A DNA stretch of 64,000 nucleotides from Octopus vulgaris (lineage: Eukaryota), in contig OX597838.1 of the NCBI GenBank assembly GCA_951406725.2, forward strand, positions 29,450,001-29,514,000, given 5' to 3'. Made by a program: the position numbers and the translations under genes. Shown one piece after another: positions 14,254 through 28,069 of the stretch (its first letter is position 1; every line of letters begins with the position of its first letter). Under the pieces are notes generated by a model that was not told the origin of the DNA, searched no databases, and worked only from the letters and a program-made list of their open reading frames with translations.

Positions 14254-14487
14254 TATTTCTTTACTACCCACAAGGGGCTAAACATAGAGGGGACAAACAA
14301 GGACAGACAAAGGGATTAAGTCAATTACATCGACCCTAGTGCGTAACTGGTACTTATTTAATCGACCCCGAAAGGATGAAAAGCAAAGTCGACCTTGGCG
14401 GAATTTGAACCCAGAACACGTAACGGCAGACGAAATACGGCTACGCATTTCGCCTGGCGGGCTAACGATTCTGCCAAGCTCACCGCC
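14254..14487 (-). mobile_element. tRNA-derived SINE family A, full monomer with ~15-bp TSD
   Basis: Head GGCGGTGAGC..TGGCAGAATCGTTAG (A box), GGGTTCAAATTCC (B box), central GTCGACTTTGC(C)TTTCATCCTTTCGGGGTCGAT, tail AAAGAAATA. Flanked by CCAAAC(G/A)CATATATC direct repeats. More than 12 copies or fragments are in the window. Confidence 0.88.
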
Positions 14488-14919
14488 CCAAACACATATA
14501 TCAGTGGTTCCAACCCTTTTCTATCGACATTTCTATCAGCTAAGAAACTTCAGCTTTTTTGTGCTAAAATCCAAAGCCATTTACCATTTCTAGAAACATG
14601 CAAACTAGAAAAAGTTATACCAGACGGTCTTACAAGAAATATACCAATGTGAGCATCACAGCCTGACGATTTATTGCTTCAAAAGTTTATACTGATTGGT
14701 GAGAGAAATTCATTTAACATAATGGAATCGTTCAAAATTAATATTACTTGGTGCAGACATTAAGATTTTGAGTGTCCTTGAACAGGTATGTTCTTCTAGA
14801 AATCGTTTGAACTTTTTGTGTAACTGTTTGATGAACTTTGAAAAAATGGAAATTTCGGTTCTGAAGACAAAAAAAGAAAAGAAACTTAAAAAGCTGACTT
14901 CCTATTCCCCTGAGCCAAG

Positions 14920-15485
14920 GGAACATTTTGGTTGAGAACATTTGCTTTGAAATATGAGAAGTCGTTTTTACGCTCAGGACAAGTGTTATGTGCTAAACTT
15001 AATTGACGCCAGGTTGAAAATCGTAACAGAAAATTTTCCTGAAATTCCAATACAAACCATTTTTTTCTCACATGGATTTTCTAACATACAATCCACACCG
15101 AACACTGTTCATTCATCACACCAAGAACAATCATTTTGTTTTGTCGACCAATTTTATCGGAGATGTTTATATTAATGGCAGTTTGAACGTGCCAGTATCG
15201 CAGAAACTAATGGCACAAATAACAACGTTGTATTCACCACAAGCAAACATTATTACTACAATTCAACAAGTTCATATAATTAATCCCCAAGTTGGTGCAT
15301 ATGATTGTAGCCCTTTTGCCCTGGCGTATGCATTTGAACTGGTCATTGGAAACGCTCCAGAGAAGTTTTTTATTTGATCAGTCAAAAATGCGAGGCCATT
15401 TTCAATTTTGTCTTGACAGCAATGAGTTTGATCCTTTTCCAAAAAAGAAAAAGTTTCAAATGCCAACAAAAACGAAAGAAGTCAC
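14920..15485 (+). pseudogene. Decayed Ulp1/C48-like cysteine protease fragment, probably transposon-borne
   Basis: Frameshifted pieces (ORFs 14954, 15072, 15292) join as IDARLKIVTENFP...LFIHHTKNNHFVLS...QVGAYDCSPFALAYAFEL..GNAPEKFLFDQSKMRGHFQFCL..FDPFP. This matches the N-H-W and Q-x4-D-C-G-x-F-A motifs of Ulp1-like domains. Confidence 0.6.
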
Positions 15486-15557
15486 ATACTTTTTTATTAT
15501 TATTATTATATTATTATTATTATTATTATTATTGTTATTATTATTATTATTATTATT

Positions 15558-15659
15558 GAGTGAGAGAGCAGTGCATGCCATCAAAGTGACACTGGGGTAA
15601 AATATACGAAGCCCAATATACCCATCATGACTACCCGTCTGATAAGGGTACACCAGGCA

Positions 15660-15705
<46 letters not shown>

Positions 15706-16138
15706 GAGTGAGCGAGCAGTTCATGCCATCAAAGTGACACTGGGGTAAAATATACGAAGCCCAATATACCCATCATGACTACCCGTCTGATAAGGGTACA
15801 CCAGGCACATGCATCACAACCATATGTGCGCGACATGGTGATCTCATATCAAGATAAACAGTACATGACCTTGCAGGTGGGGCCCAGTAAGAATTTTCTT
15901 CTAGTCGAGTAACCCATCCCGCTCAAAAGGTCCCTGAATAAGGGTTGTTTAAGGATGGTGAACAAAACACCCATGTTTCCAGAGGTGAATTATTCAAACC
16001 CCCAAAGAATCCCTCTCAACACATGGCCATGATGCTCCCCCACTACTTCTGCTCATGATCAGAGATGCACATATTGTCAGCCACTAAGGGACATGCTCAA
16101 CCGGTTAACGGCAAACAAGCAAATCTGTGGTATTGAGC
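15558..16138 (-). mobile_element. Two further copies of the (TAA)n-embedded element (15558-15661 and 15706-16138)
   Basis: Sequence identity with 6128-6636, the same fixed end, a variable opposite end, and (TAA)n between the copies. Confidence 0.8.
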
Positions 16139-16435
16139 CTTTATTATTATTATTATTATACTACTAATAATAATAATAAGGCAGTGAGCTGGCAGAATCA
16201 TTAGCACACCAGACAAAATGCTTAGCATAATTTCATCCGTCTTAACATTCTGAGTTCAAAGGCCACCAAGGTCGACTTTGCCTTTCATCCTTCTGGGGTC
16301 AATAAAATAAGAACCAGGGTCAATGTACTTGAACTAACCTTCCCCCACTTCAAATGTCAGGCTTTGTGCCAAAAGTAGAAATGGTTATTATTATTACTAT
16401 TATTATTTTTTTTATTATAATTATTATTATTATTA

Positions 16436-16479
<44 letters not shown>

Positions 16480-17448
16480 GCATAATCCAAAGGGCAGTGA
16501 TGTAAAGGATTTAAATTACTTTATTAGCCATTTCAAATGAGCCACCTTTCCTGTTTTTATATATATATATATACACACACATACATATCAATATATATAG
16601 ATACATACATACATACATTTAGACACACATACGTACATACACACACATACGCAGACATATAAATAAATAAATAAATATTTCCAAATACACCTCAAGCCAC
16701 CTACAGGAAGTGACCCTTGAACCCTCCTCCGCCACCTCCCTTCCCTCACCAAGTCACATGTCAAGGAAGCTCATTGCAGGCAGGGGTCACATCCAATGAC
16801 ACAACAGAGGCAAATCAGGCTGCAAGTTTACGTGGGGGAGAGGTGCCACCAACTGAACAGAGAAAGGTGGTAGATTTTAATCAGCCCCAGGAGAGCGTGG
16901 AGACTGAACCGAAGACCTTGTGGCTAAGAACCAAATGCGAAATTTCTTAAGTACCCAAAGTATTCTATTATTAATACTGAGTGCGTAAAATGTTTTGTTG
17001 CAATGTTGAGTCCAACAAAAGGTGTTTTGTTTCTGCTACATCCTCCTGGCTTCCCAGACCCTGATCGAACCATCCAACCCATGCTAGCATGGAAAACGGA
17101 CGTTAAATGATGGTGATGATGATGATGATGATGATATATATATGAGTGTATGTGCTTATGACAGACAGAAAGACAGAGAGAAAATAAGGCCAAAAGAAAT
17201 CTACAAAGTTGATATGATGAGATATTACATATCATAATTAAAACAACAACAACAACATGAACAAAAATACAAGTTAACAATTACAGAAAGGGATACGGAA
17301 TAGAATTGAAATCAGAAGAGAAAAAATAATCCCTTGATATGGCACAATATCATGACTATGTGTGATACCATAAATTATTACAAGGTAAGCGTATATGAGT
17401 GTGTGTGTGGGGCATGATATTGTAAATAGTGTGATATGTGATGTGGTA

Positions 17449-17660
17449 CAGGGTGCAGGAAAAACAAACCACCCACATTTAACAGGTTGAGAAGTATTTC
17501 AACATATAAATGCACAGTGCGCAATATTCCTAACCATGGTGGTAATGAGGAAAAACGGTAAAACATTAGCTACATGAAGATACCATTTTCACCGGCCTAA
17601 CTTCACTTGTGTCGTAATTATGGCCATGGGAAAAATGGGAGGTATTTCTGCTGCACCCTG
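17449..17660. mobile_element. Tc1/mariner-type MITE
   Basis: TA|CAGGGTGCAGGAAAAA...TTTCTGCTGCACCCTG|TA: imperfect TIRs and a TA TSD. It interrupts a degenerate GTGTGATATGGTACAATAT minisatellite (about 17330-18060). Confidence 0.75.
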
Positions 17661-18332
17661 TAGAATATCATATAGTTGTGTATGTGATATAGCACAACAC
17701 TGTAAGGGTGTGTGTGATATGGTACAATATTGTATGATGTGTGTGTGTGATATGGTACCACATTGTATGATTGGTACAATATTATATAGTTGTGTGTGTG
17801 ATATGATACAGTATTGTATGGTATGTGTGATATGGGAAACATCAGGTATTATGCATGGCATGATATCATAAGCTGTGTGTGTGTGATATGATACACAACA
17901 TCATATGCTTTCTGTGAGAGACATAGTACAATATCAAATGATTCTGTGTGTGTGTGTGTGATATTACACAATAACAGATGATGTGTGTGAGGTGATATGT
18001 GTGTATGTCTGATATGTGTGTGATATGGAATGATATCGTATAGTGTATGTGTGCAGTATGCCAGTGAAAGGGACAGAAAAACTGACAGCATGTTATTATA
18101 TGTTATACATATAATGGGAGGTGGGGGGGTCGATTACACTGACCCCAGTGGGGGCTTATTTTATTGAACCCAGAAAGGGTGAAAGGCAAAGTCGACTTTG
18201 GTGGAATTTTCAAGTCGGGACACAAAGGGTCAGGAAAAAAGCCACGGGGCATTTTGCCCAGTATGCTAACCGATTCCACAAGGTAGTCGTATTGATGGCA
18301 GGAAAGATAAAAAAAAATAATAAAAACTATGA

Positions 18333-18365
<33 letters not shown>

Positions 18366-18906
18366 CGTTCAGGATGTCTCACATTGCCAGCAAGGGAATA
18401 GGGTGGGGGAGTTCGCGCAAATTCCAAGGCAAGTGGCAGGGAGGGAGGGGTGGAGTAAATCGAAATAAATAAACAAACAAACATGGCACTTGAAGGGTTC
18501 GAGGGTCCGAAATCTTATTGCTCGACATAGACCGTAAAAGGAGAGGTGGTCCTGGAAGGATTTGAAATCAGAATATCAAAAACAAAAAGAGACAGCCCAT
18601 TGAATACTCGAAAACTGGAAGACACTGAGTACAGCACACTTCATTAATTCTACCATTCCTTTGACAACAACTCGACCAATCAGCTGATGGTCAAATCCAT
18701 TTCATACATCATATATATGTATGTTTGTGTGTATGTGTGTATATATATACATCAGGGGTGTATGTGGTAGGGGTGCACTGAACACCCATTGAAAATGGCA
18801 AATTCATTACAAATATTAATTTCACTCATTAATTTAATCACAAATGTTAATGGAAAGCTTTTGTTTTACCCCCTGCTTGAAATTTGGTAGCACTGGGTGT
18901 GGTAGC

Positions 18907-18953
<47 letters not shown>

Positions 18954-19128
18954 TGTGTATTGAGCCCCAAAAGCACAACAAATTAACAGCATCTGACTTG
19001 AACGGATCCCCTTGGACAAGGGAGACTGTTGACCTTTCTACCCAACAGACACTCATACACACACACACACACATGTGGAGAGAGGGGGAGAGAGAGAAAG
19101 GGAGAGAAGTATACATGTATACACTTAA

Positions 19129-19174
<46 letters not shown>

Positions 19175-19285
19175 TGAGAGGTTCAAAAAGAAAAAAAAAT
19201 ATTGTAAATATTGTCATGAACTTTGCTCTGTATATATTGCTGATTTCATCAATTTCTGTGGCCATACTGGAGCATTTCATATATC

Positions 19286-19344
<59 letters not shown>

Positions 19345-19632
19345 ATATATATTATTTTATTGAAATACACATTAATGTACGCATATGCACAATGATGTAT
19401 ATACAAATATATATATATTTAAATATATATATGTGTGTGTGTGTGTGTGTGTACACATTTAAACTGTGTGTTTTAATCAATGTTTTTTGTTTGCTTTCTT
19501 TTCGTTTTTTGGGGTGTTTTTTTTGGGCATCAATTCATTGTGATTCCACTCTATTTGGTAAAAAAAAATGGAAATATAAGAATCAGTACCAGTGGCAGGA
19601 TTTGATCCTGGTTCTGTGAGTTTTCTGAAAAA

Positions 19633-19670
<38 letters not shown>

Positions 19671-19809
19671 CACACACACACACACACATATATATATATT
19701 CATGCATAGGTGTTCAAACATATACACACCATTCGTTTTACAGTCATCATTATGTCTCAGCTTAAAAGGAAATGAAAGAAAACAGCACCTTGTAGTAGCA
19801 AGACCAATA

Positions 19810-19845
<36 letters not shown>

Positions 19846-21313
19846 CATATGTAAACCCTTTCTAATAGTATATTAAACACCCACAGCACACACACGTGTG
19901 CATATAAACACAGCATACACATGGATATATATTTAGCATTCATATATATATATGTGTGTGTATATATGTATGTATATGTGCATGTGTGTATGAGAATATA
20001 GATATTCAGGTATAAAAAGTTTTTTTTTTTTAGTCAGTGGCGTGTGTGTGTGTGTATTATCACACAAAGGGAGACTACTGGTGGCACAAATTTATTATTC
20101 TCTCCCTTGCAATGTCCATTACAAATTATTAACAGCCGCGTTTTGGTTGAATAAAAGATAACAGCACCAATTAATTCTCAAAACACTGTGGTTTTTAAGA
20201 CACGTTTCACCATGAAAATTGAAGTTTGCTGATGTACATTTTAAAATGTATCATGTATGCGTGCATTGTGTGTGTGTGTGTGTGCATTTGTGTACGTGTG
20301 TGTGTGTGTTTGTCTGTGTGTGTAATGTGTGTGCATGTGCATAGTATAATAATATTAATATAAATATCTTGCAAACACACATGAACACACAACTGGCAGA
20401 AAGTGACCGACGCCCCCCCCCCCAATTTTTTTTTTTTAAATAGTTTAATCAGTAGAGAAGACCACTTACGCAGCGGTCAGCCATAAACAAATCTGCTGCC
20501 ACTGCTACTCCTGCTGCTCTTGCAGTAGCAGTAGCAGCAGTAGTAGTAGTAGTAGTAGTAATAGTAGCAGTAGTTTTGCCATGTGTCACTTTCTGCCATA
20601 TTTTACAGTGGAAGACTCAAAGTTCTCCTCCCCTTCCCCCTCCTCCCCCGTCAACCTGCCACCCCGCCCCGCATCCGATCCACCCTTGCCTCAACTCAAG
20701 GCAAACCCTCCTCCTCCTCCTCCTCCTGCTCCCCTCTCTAACAGGTTCCGCCCCCACAAAAGACTGCATGCTTTTATATATATATATATTTTTTTTTTGT
20801 TTTTGATCCCTCTGCCTCCACCTGCCAAACCCTACACCGCACTAGACCACACCAACACTACAACCCCAACACTTTTGTCACAGCAGGTTCTTATTAACCC
20901 ACCCCTATCCACCCTCTGTCATAGCAGTTAGTTCCCCCTCTCTCTCACTCCCCCCACTCTCACTCCCCTCCTCTCTCTCATACACAGTTCTTTTCTCTTT
21001 CTCTTTCAGAGATTCCTTTCTTTGCCCTTCTGTCTCCCACCACCACCACCACCACATCTTTCCTTCCCCCCTACAATCTCTCGCGTTTGCCCTCTCTCTC
21101 TCTCCCCACCCCCAGCCACCCAAACCCCCCTCCAACAGTTTTCATACAAAATAAAATATGTGTCCACATCCTGCATGTGTGCATGTGAGCGCGCACAAGT
21201 GTGCAGATGCACCAAATGCATGTGGGCGTGGGTGTGTTTAATGTGGGTGAATGCAAGTGAGTGCGCATACGCAGGTGTGCATATGCCAGTGAGTCCGCTG
21301 CCTCTGGCTGCAG

Positions 21314-21760
21314 TCAAACAATTTGACAGCCGCATTTTGTACAAGAGTCTGACAAATCATCGTCCCCAACGATTCCACCCTTGCCTTGCCCTATATCCTG
21401 GGCGGCACGGATTAATTTGTGTTTCACTGTCTGTATCCCCGTCTGATTGAGGGCCGAACACTCGACATAGCAGTGAGCACCCAGACGGTCGGCCATCTTC
21501 ACGCCCTCGGCTGACGACACGACGGGTTTGAGAGGGTTGTTGTTGCTTCCGTTGACGCCACCTCCTGTGGTGACTCCTGACTGTCGGAGGTCAGTCTGCG
21601 TGCCGACCAGCAAGAACGGTGTGTTGGGAAGGTAGCGTCGGATCTCGGGTAACCAAATGTCTGAAACATGCTTGTAGCTCTCTCGCTTGACCACAGAGAA
21701 ACAGACGGCGAACACATCGCATTTCATGTAGGACATGGTCCGCAGACGTATGTATTCATC
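21314..21760 (-). CDS. Rho-family small GTPase (RhoU/V- or Cdc42-subfamily-like), terminal coding exon
   Basis: Acceptor ttctcctctcatttcAG|GAT. Translation is DEYIRLRTMSY..DVFAVCFSVV..WLPEIRRYLPNTPFLLVGTQTDLR..YVECSALNQ..CTKCGCQIV*, containing switch II, G4, G5 and CaaX motifs. Confidence 0.93.
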   Translation of the reverse strand, partial: DEYIRLRTMSYMKCDVFAVCFSVVKRESYKHVSDIWLPEIRRYLPNTPFLLVGTQTDLRQSGVTTGGGVNGSNNNPLKPVVSSAEGVKMADRLGAHCYVECSALNQTGIQTVKHKLIRAAQDIGQGKGGIVGDDDLSDSCTKCGCQIV

Positions 21761-21987
21761 CTGAAATGAGAGGAGAAAGGAAAACAATCAAGCGTGAGTA
21801 TGAGTGGAAGTCAATTTGAGTGAGAGTGAATATGAAATTAGAAGAGTATAGGTGTGCGCGGTCGGAGAGGAGTAATAGTAATTCCACCAGGAATTGAACT
21901 CATGATCTAACAATTGTGAGCTGAGTATTCTAACCACAAAGCTAAACACTTTCAAAAATAAATATGATATATTGAGAATAAAGAAAG

Positions 21988-22255
21988 TGGAAGCACAATG
22001 GCCCAGTGGTTAGGTCAGCAGACACGTGGTTGTAGGATCGTAGTTTCGATTCCCAGACCAGGCGTTGTGAGTGTTTATTGAGCGAAAACACCTAAAAGCT
22101 CCACAAGGCTCCAACTTTCTCTCACTCTTTCTTTCTGTTTCTTTAGTAACGCTGCGATGGACTGGCGTCCTGTCCAGCTGGGGGCGAACACATATGCCAC
22201 AGAAACCAGGAAACTGGGCCCATGAGCCTGGCTAGGCTTGAAAAGGGCGCATAAA
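21988..22255 (+). mobile_element. tRNA-derived SINE family D (also 26802-27101 minus, 37380-37640 plus)
   Basis: GGAAGCACAATGGCCCAGTGGTTAG (A box) ... GTTTCGATTCCCAGACC (B box). Homologous copies occur elsewhere in the window. Confidence 0.75.
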
Positions 22256-22855
22256 TAAAAAAAATAATAAATGAGAATAAAGAATAAAGTCCAGTGGCTT
22301 TTTAAAAGACTCACTGCAACTGACTCAACACCAATATATTACAGGTTAAGATTACAGGTATGTTCACTGCCATCAATTGATCATGAAGAAAGCTTACTTC
22401 AAGGAAAGCTCACTGCAAGGAAAGTTTACCGAGAAAGAATATCCATGGTATCTCACCATTAGCAGTTAAAAATTATTTTATTGAAGGAAAATGGTGAAGT
22501 GAAGACGGTGAGCTTACTGGACATGAGTGGTTAAAGAGGAAAGTCCAGTGGGACCTTGTGCTTACCAAGCAAAACTTCTGAGCCGTTCAGTCATGTTTCA
22601 AATATGATAAAACTGGCACTTCATCGGTTATGACATCAAGGGTCCCAGTTGATAGGGGTCAATGGAATGGCCCACTGGTGAAATTATCACGCAAGTTTGT
22701 GAATGTGCATGCGCGTGTGTATGTTTCCTAGCTAACTAAGCGTAAAATATCTATTGTAATTCAAATTTAAAAGTATAGGCCAATCGAATGCATCTGTGGA
22801 AATTAATACCATGTAAACAGAAGAATTTGACTGATTGCATATATATGCAGATATC

Positions 22856-23935
<1,080 letters not shown>

Positions 23936-23997
23936 TTATATACATATATACACACACACACACACACATAAAATAATTAAGGTGGCTAGACCCCCAA

Positions 23998-24056
<59 letters not shown>

Positions 24057-24106
24057 TAAAAAAACTACCCAAGATGAAAGTCAAGGAGGGAATTGACAAA
24101 ACTTAC

Positions 24107-24165
24107 CTGTCCAGGTGTATCAAATAGACTGAGCACATAAGGTTCATTCTGGACAATAACGGTAA
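24107..24165 (-). CDS. Rho-family GTPase, penultimate 59-nt exon (phase 1 to phase 0)
   Basis: tcttctttcttccAG|TT ACC GTT ATT GTC CAG AAT GAA CCT TAT GTG CTC AGT CTA TTT GAT ACA CCT GGA CAG|GTAAGT encodes xTVIVQNEPYVLSLFDTPGQ and joins in frame to DEY at 21760. Confidence 0.92.
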
Positions 24166-24910
24166 CTGGAAGAAAGAAGAAGAAAAAGAAAGATTAGTGA
24201 TTGTGGGACACTGTGAGGGACTGTGGTACACCACTGTATTCATTAGGGCTTGTTGTTGTTGTTGTTGTTGTTGCTGTCACAATTTACTGTCAACAACAAC
24301 AGCAACAGAAACAAAAGAACAACACAAACAGCAACAACAACATTTATTAAACAAAGTTTATGACCCCCTCTCTCCCTCTCTCTCTCTGTTTCTCCTTCCC
24401 TCCCTCCACCTCTTCTCCTCCCTCTCTCTCTCATTAATTGGGCAAATATCTTCATTGAAGCCGTTCGCACACTCAACAGCCTCTTAGCTACAAATAAACT
24501 CCACCTCCACTCCACAAAACACTCCAGTCCACTGCACTCCACTCACCGACCCGGCCACCCCCCCGACCCACCCTTAATAATGGGTGGGGTGCAGAGAGGA
24601 ATGTGCACAGAATGTCACATGACTGTTGCTTGCTCAATCAGGTGATGTAAGGGCGGGGTGGGTGGGTGGGGTGGGGGGAGGTCGAGGGGAGTGGGAAGGG
24701 GGTTGCAAGGGTGGGGTGTTGTGAGCCTTGTCATAGATACGGGTGGGACAGGGGTAACAGGGGGGTGAAGCAGCTTGGAAGTGAAAGGGAAGGATGGGGG
24801 CATGTTGCGGGGGGAGGGGGTTTACCATTCAACAGAATGTTTAATTTCTTCTACGCACAGTCAATGTTGTGTGTGAGAGACTCAAATTATGTATATTATT
24901 ATGAGAGAGA

Positions 24911-24953
<43 letters not shown>

Positions 24954-24978
24954 TATATATGCACACACATACACACAC

Positions 24979-25014
<36 letters not shown>

Positions 25015-26204
25015 ATACACACATATATACATATATTTATATACATGTACACATATATATATATATATCTTTATATACATATATATACACATAAATATAT
25101 ACATTTATATCCATATACAGACACATACAATCATATATATATGTATATTACATATTTGTGTGTGTGCATATATGTATATATATATATGAATATAAATATG
25201 TGTGTGTATAAAGATATATATGTGTGTATATATAAAGATATATAGATATATATACATGTATATAAATATATATATGTATATATATACACATACACATGCA
25301 TACATATATATATACACACACATATATAATAAATAAATATAATTACATAAATATATATGTACATATATTCCCCTTTTTACATATGTATACACACATATAC
25401 ATACACACACATATGTCAATGTACACATGCATACTTAGATATATATCCACCCACACACCCACCAACCGACTCTCTTCCTGTCAGATGCAGAAAACAGACA
25501 CCCCACAACCCCAAAACATAACCAAATAAACTCACCACCACCCCAACAGCCACCCCACTCCCACTCCACCAGCCCCACCCATCGCCCTAACCTAGACACC
25601 CCCTCCTCCCACCTCTCACCGTCAGGTGCAAAACCCTCATTGCTGACTCCATCAACTTCGACACCCCCCACCCGGGAGGAGATGATACGATGTAATGTTG
25701 GAAGGTGGAGGGGCCACCCCACCCTGATACTGAAGGGAGAAAGACGCCAGGAAAAAGGGGGAAGAGAGGGGAGATTGAGAGACGGGGTGGGGGCGGGGGT
25801 GGAGTACATATGTTTTCTGTAAGATGAGGATCGTGGGAACCTCAACCTGCTCGTTACAGGTAAGTAACACAAGGAAGAAAGGTCTTCTGAGTAGCTATGA
25901 GGCAGGAGGGGAGGGGGGATCTGCTCGGGGAGGAGGGCTGCTTGGCGCTGCTCGTGTGTCGGGGTTTGAGTTAGGGATTAATTAATGGCACAGCAATTGA
26001 TGGATTTAATTGAGGGCAGTCAGATTATCATCATCATCATCATCATCATCATCACCATCAATATCTTTGCCTTCATCATGATCATCACCATCAATATCTT
26101 TGCCTTCATCATCATCACCATCATCTTTGTCATCATCATCATCATCATCACCATCAATATCTTTGCCTTCATCATCATTATCATCATCATCACCATCATC
26201 TTTG

Positions 26205-26244
<40 letters not shown>

Positions 26245-27345
26245 TGCTGTCATCATCATCATTATCACCATCATCATCATCATGACACTGCTGTCACCAT
26301 CTCACCACCTCACCATTGTCGTCATCATAAGCATCGTCATCGTTTAACATCTGGCAGCTTCCATGCTGGTTTCGATGGCATCATTTGACAGGATCTGCCG
26401 GGGCCAGAACACAGCACCAAACAGCGATGTCTGCCATGGTTTCTACAGCTGGGGACTCTTCCAGACGCCAACCAATCTACAGAGTGCGCCGGGTGCCTTC
26501 CATATGGCACCAACAACAAGTGAGGACTGCTTTGTAACTGACAAGGCTAAGGTCCTAAAGTGAACCCTATAACTGAGCGAGGATAAAAGAAAGAGTGGAT
26601 AGCTGTTCTGGCCAGAGGGACAAGAGAATGGTAAAAGAGAAGGATTGGGGAGTATGGCAGGGAAGAGGGGGGAAGAAAGGGATTAGGTCATTGAGAGAAA
26701 AAAAGGAAAGACAGAACTGAAGAAAGGTGATAGGGAAGCTTGTGTATTAGGTGGTCAAAGGCTATCCAATATTATAGGTATATGATGCATATATATATTT
26801 CTACCGTGACCGACCAGGCTATCAGATGTTGCTACACATCGCTGGTCACAATGCGCTTCGCATTGTTTTAGCCTTCAAATGACGCCACCCCGCTGGCTAA
26901 GCGAGCAGGCCAACAGAAGCAAGAGTGAGAGGAAGTTGTGGTGAAAGAGTACAGCAGGGACCGCCACCACCCCCTGCCGGAGCCTCGTGGAGCTTTAGGT
27001 GTTTTCGCTCAATAAACACTCACAACGCCCGGTCTGGGAATTGAAACCACGATCCTAAAACCACGAGTCCGCTGCCCTAGCCACTGGGCCATTGCGCCTC
27101 CACGCATATATATATATATATTATCATAAAAGATATATATATCCATCAAGCCAAGTGAAATGGTAGTCGTGATAGATACTGGTGTCACCCAACTGGCATA
27201 TAAAAGCACCCATTACATTCTTGGAGTGGTTGGCATGTTAGGAAGGGCATCCAGCCACAGAAACCATGCAAATTCAGACTGGAGTCTGGTGCAGCCCCTC
27301 AGCTAAGCAGCCTTGGTCAAACTGTCCAACCCATGCCACTATGGA

Positions 27346-28031
27346 TGACTTCAGAATCTCCTGCAACTCTTCTGGACGGTCTCCTTGTTTAAGTTGGTGA
27401 ATGCTGCCATAATCCTTGCCTTCAGTTCATCTTTGGTGTTACAAGGAGTTTTGTTGGTCTCTCACTCGACTGTGCCTCACACATAATAATCAAGGGGGTT
27501 GCAGTCTGGGGAGTTAGGTGCCCAGGTGTTAGGGGCGATGTGATCGCAAAAATTGTCTGACAGCCATGACTGGGCTCTCCTGCTTGTGTGGAATGGCGCA
27601 GAGTCCTGTTGCCAGACATAGGGTCTTCCAGCAGCCACCCCTCTTGACCCAGGGCAGCACTACCTCCTCCAGGCACTTGATGTAGGCCTCCGTGTTGAGT
27701 CTGAGGCCGTGTGGGAAGATGAATGGAGTCACAATGTCACCATCACTAGTGATCGCTCCAAACACCATGATGCTGACTGGATGCTTGATTTTCATCATTC
27801 TCAGTACATGTCCTCAGATTAAACACCTAAACACTATTGGAGCTTCTGGCGTGATTGCCAAGCAGTACAGCATGTCATTTCCAAATTTCTGGCAGAATTG
27901 CATCAGGTAGTTTTCTTCACAGATGGTGCCCAGCTGACCCTACTATACTGTGTAATCGACAAAATCAAAAACAAACAATGCGCATGTGCGAAATTAAAAA
28001 TATAAAACGGCGACAATTTACCCATTGCACC

Positions 28032-28034
<3 letters not shown>
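27346..28034 (-). mobile_element. Tc1/mariner (maT, D37D spacing) transposon relic, internally deleted
   Basis: KHPVSIMVFGAITSDG...YIKCLEEVVLPW (frameshift) GRPYVWQQDSAPFHTS...WAPNSPDCNPLDYYV*, with 37 residues between the second and third catalytic Asp. The TIR is TA|CAGGGTGCAATGGG at 28034. Confidence 0.85.

Positions 28035-28069
<35 letters not shown>

Noticed and set aside
21761-21787. N-terminal MFSFLLSFQ of the listed 157-aa ORF
   Set aside because: This is the intron polypyrimidine tract and acceptor, not a start.
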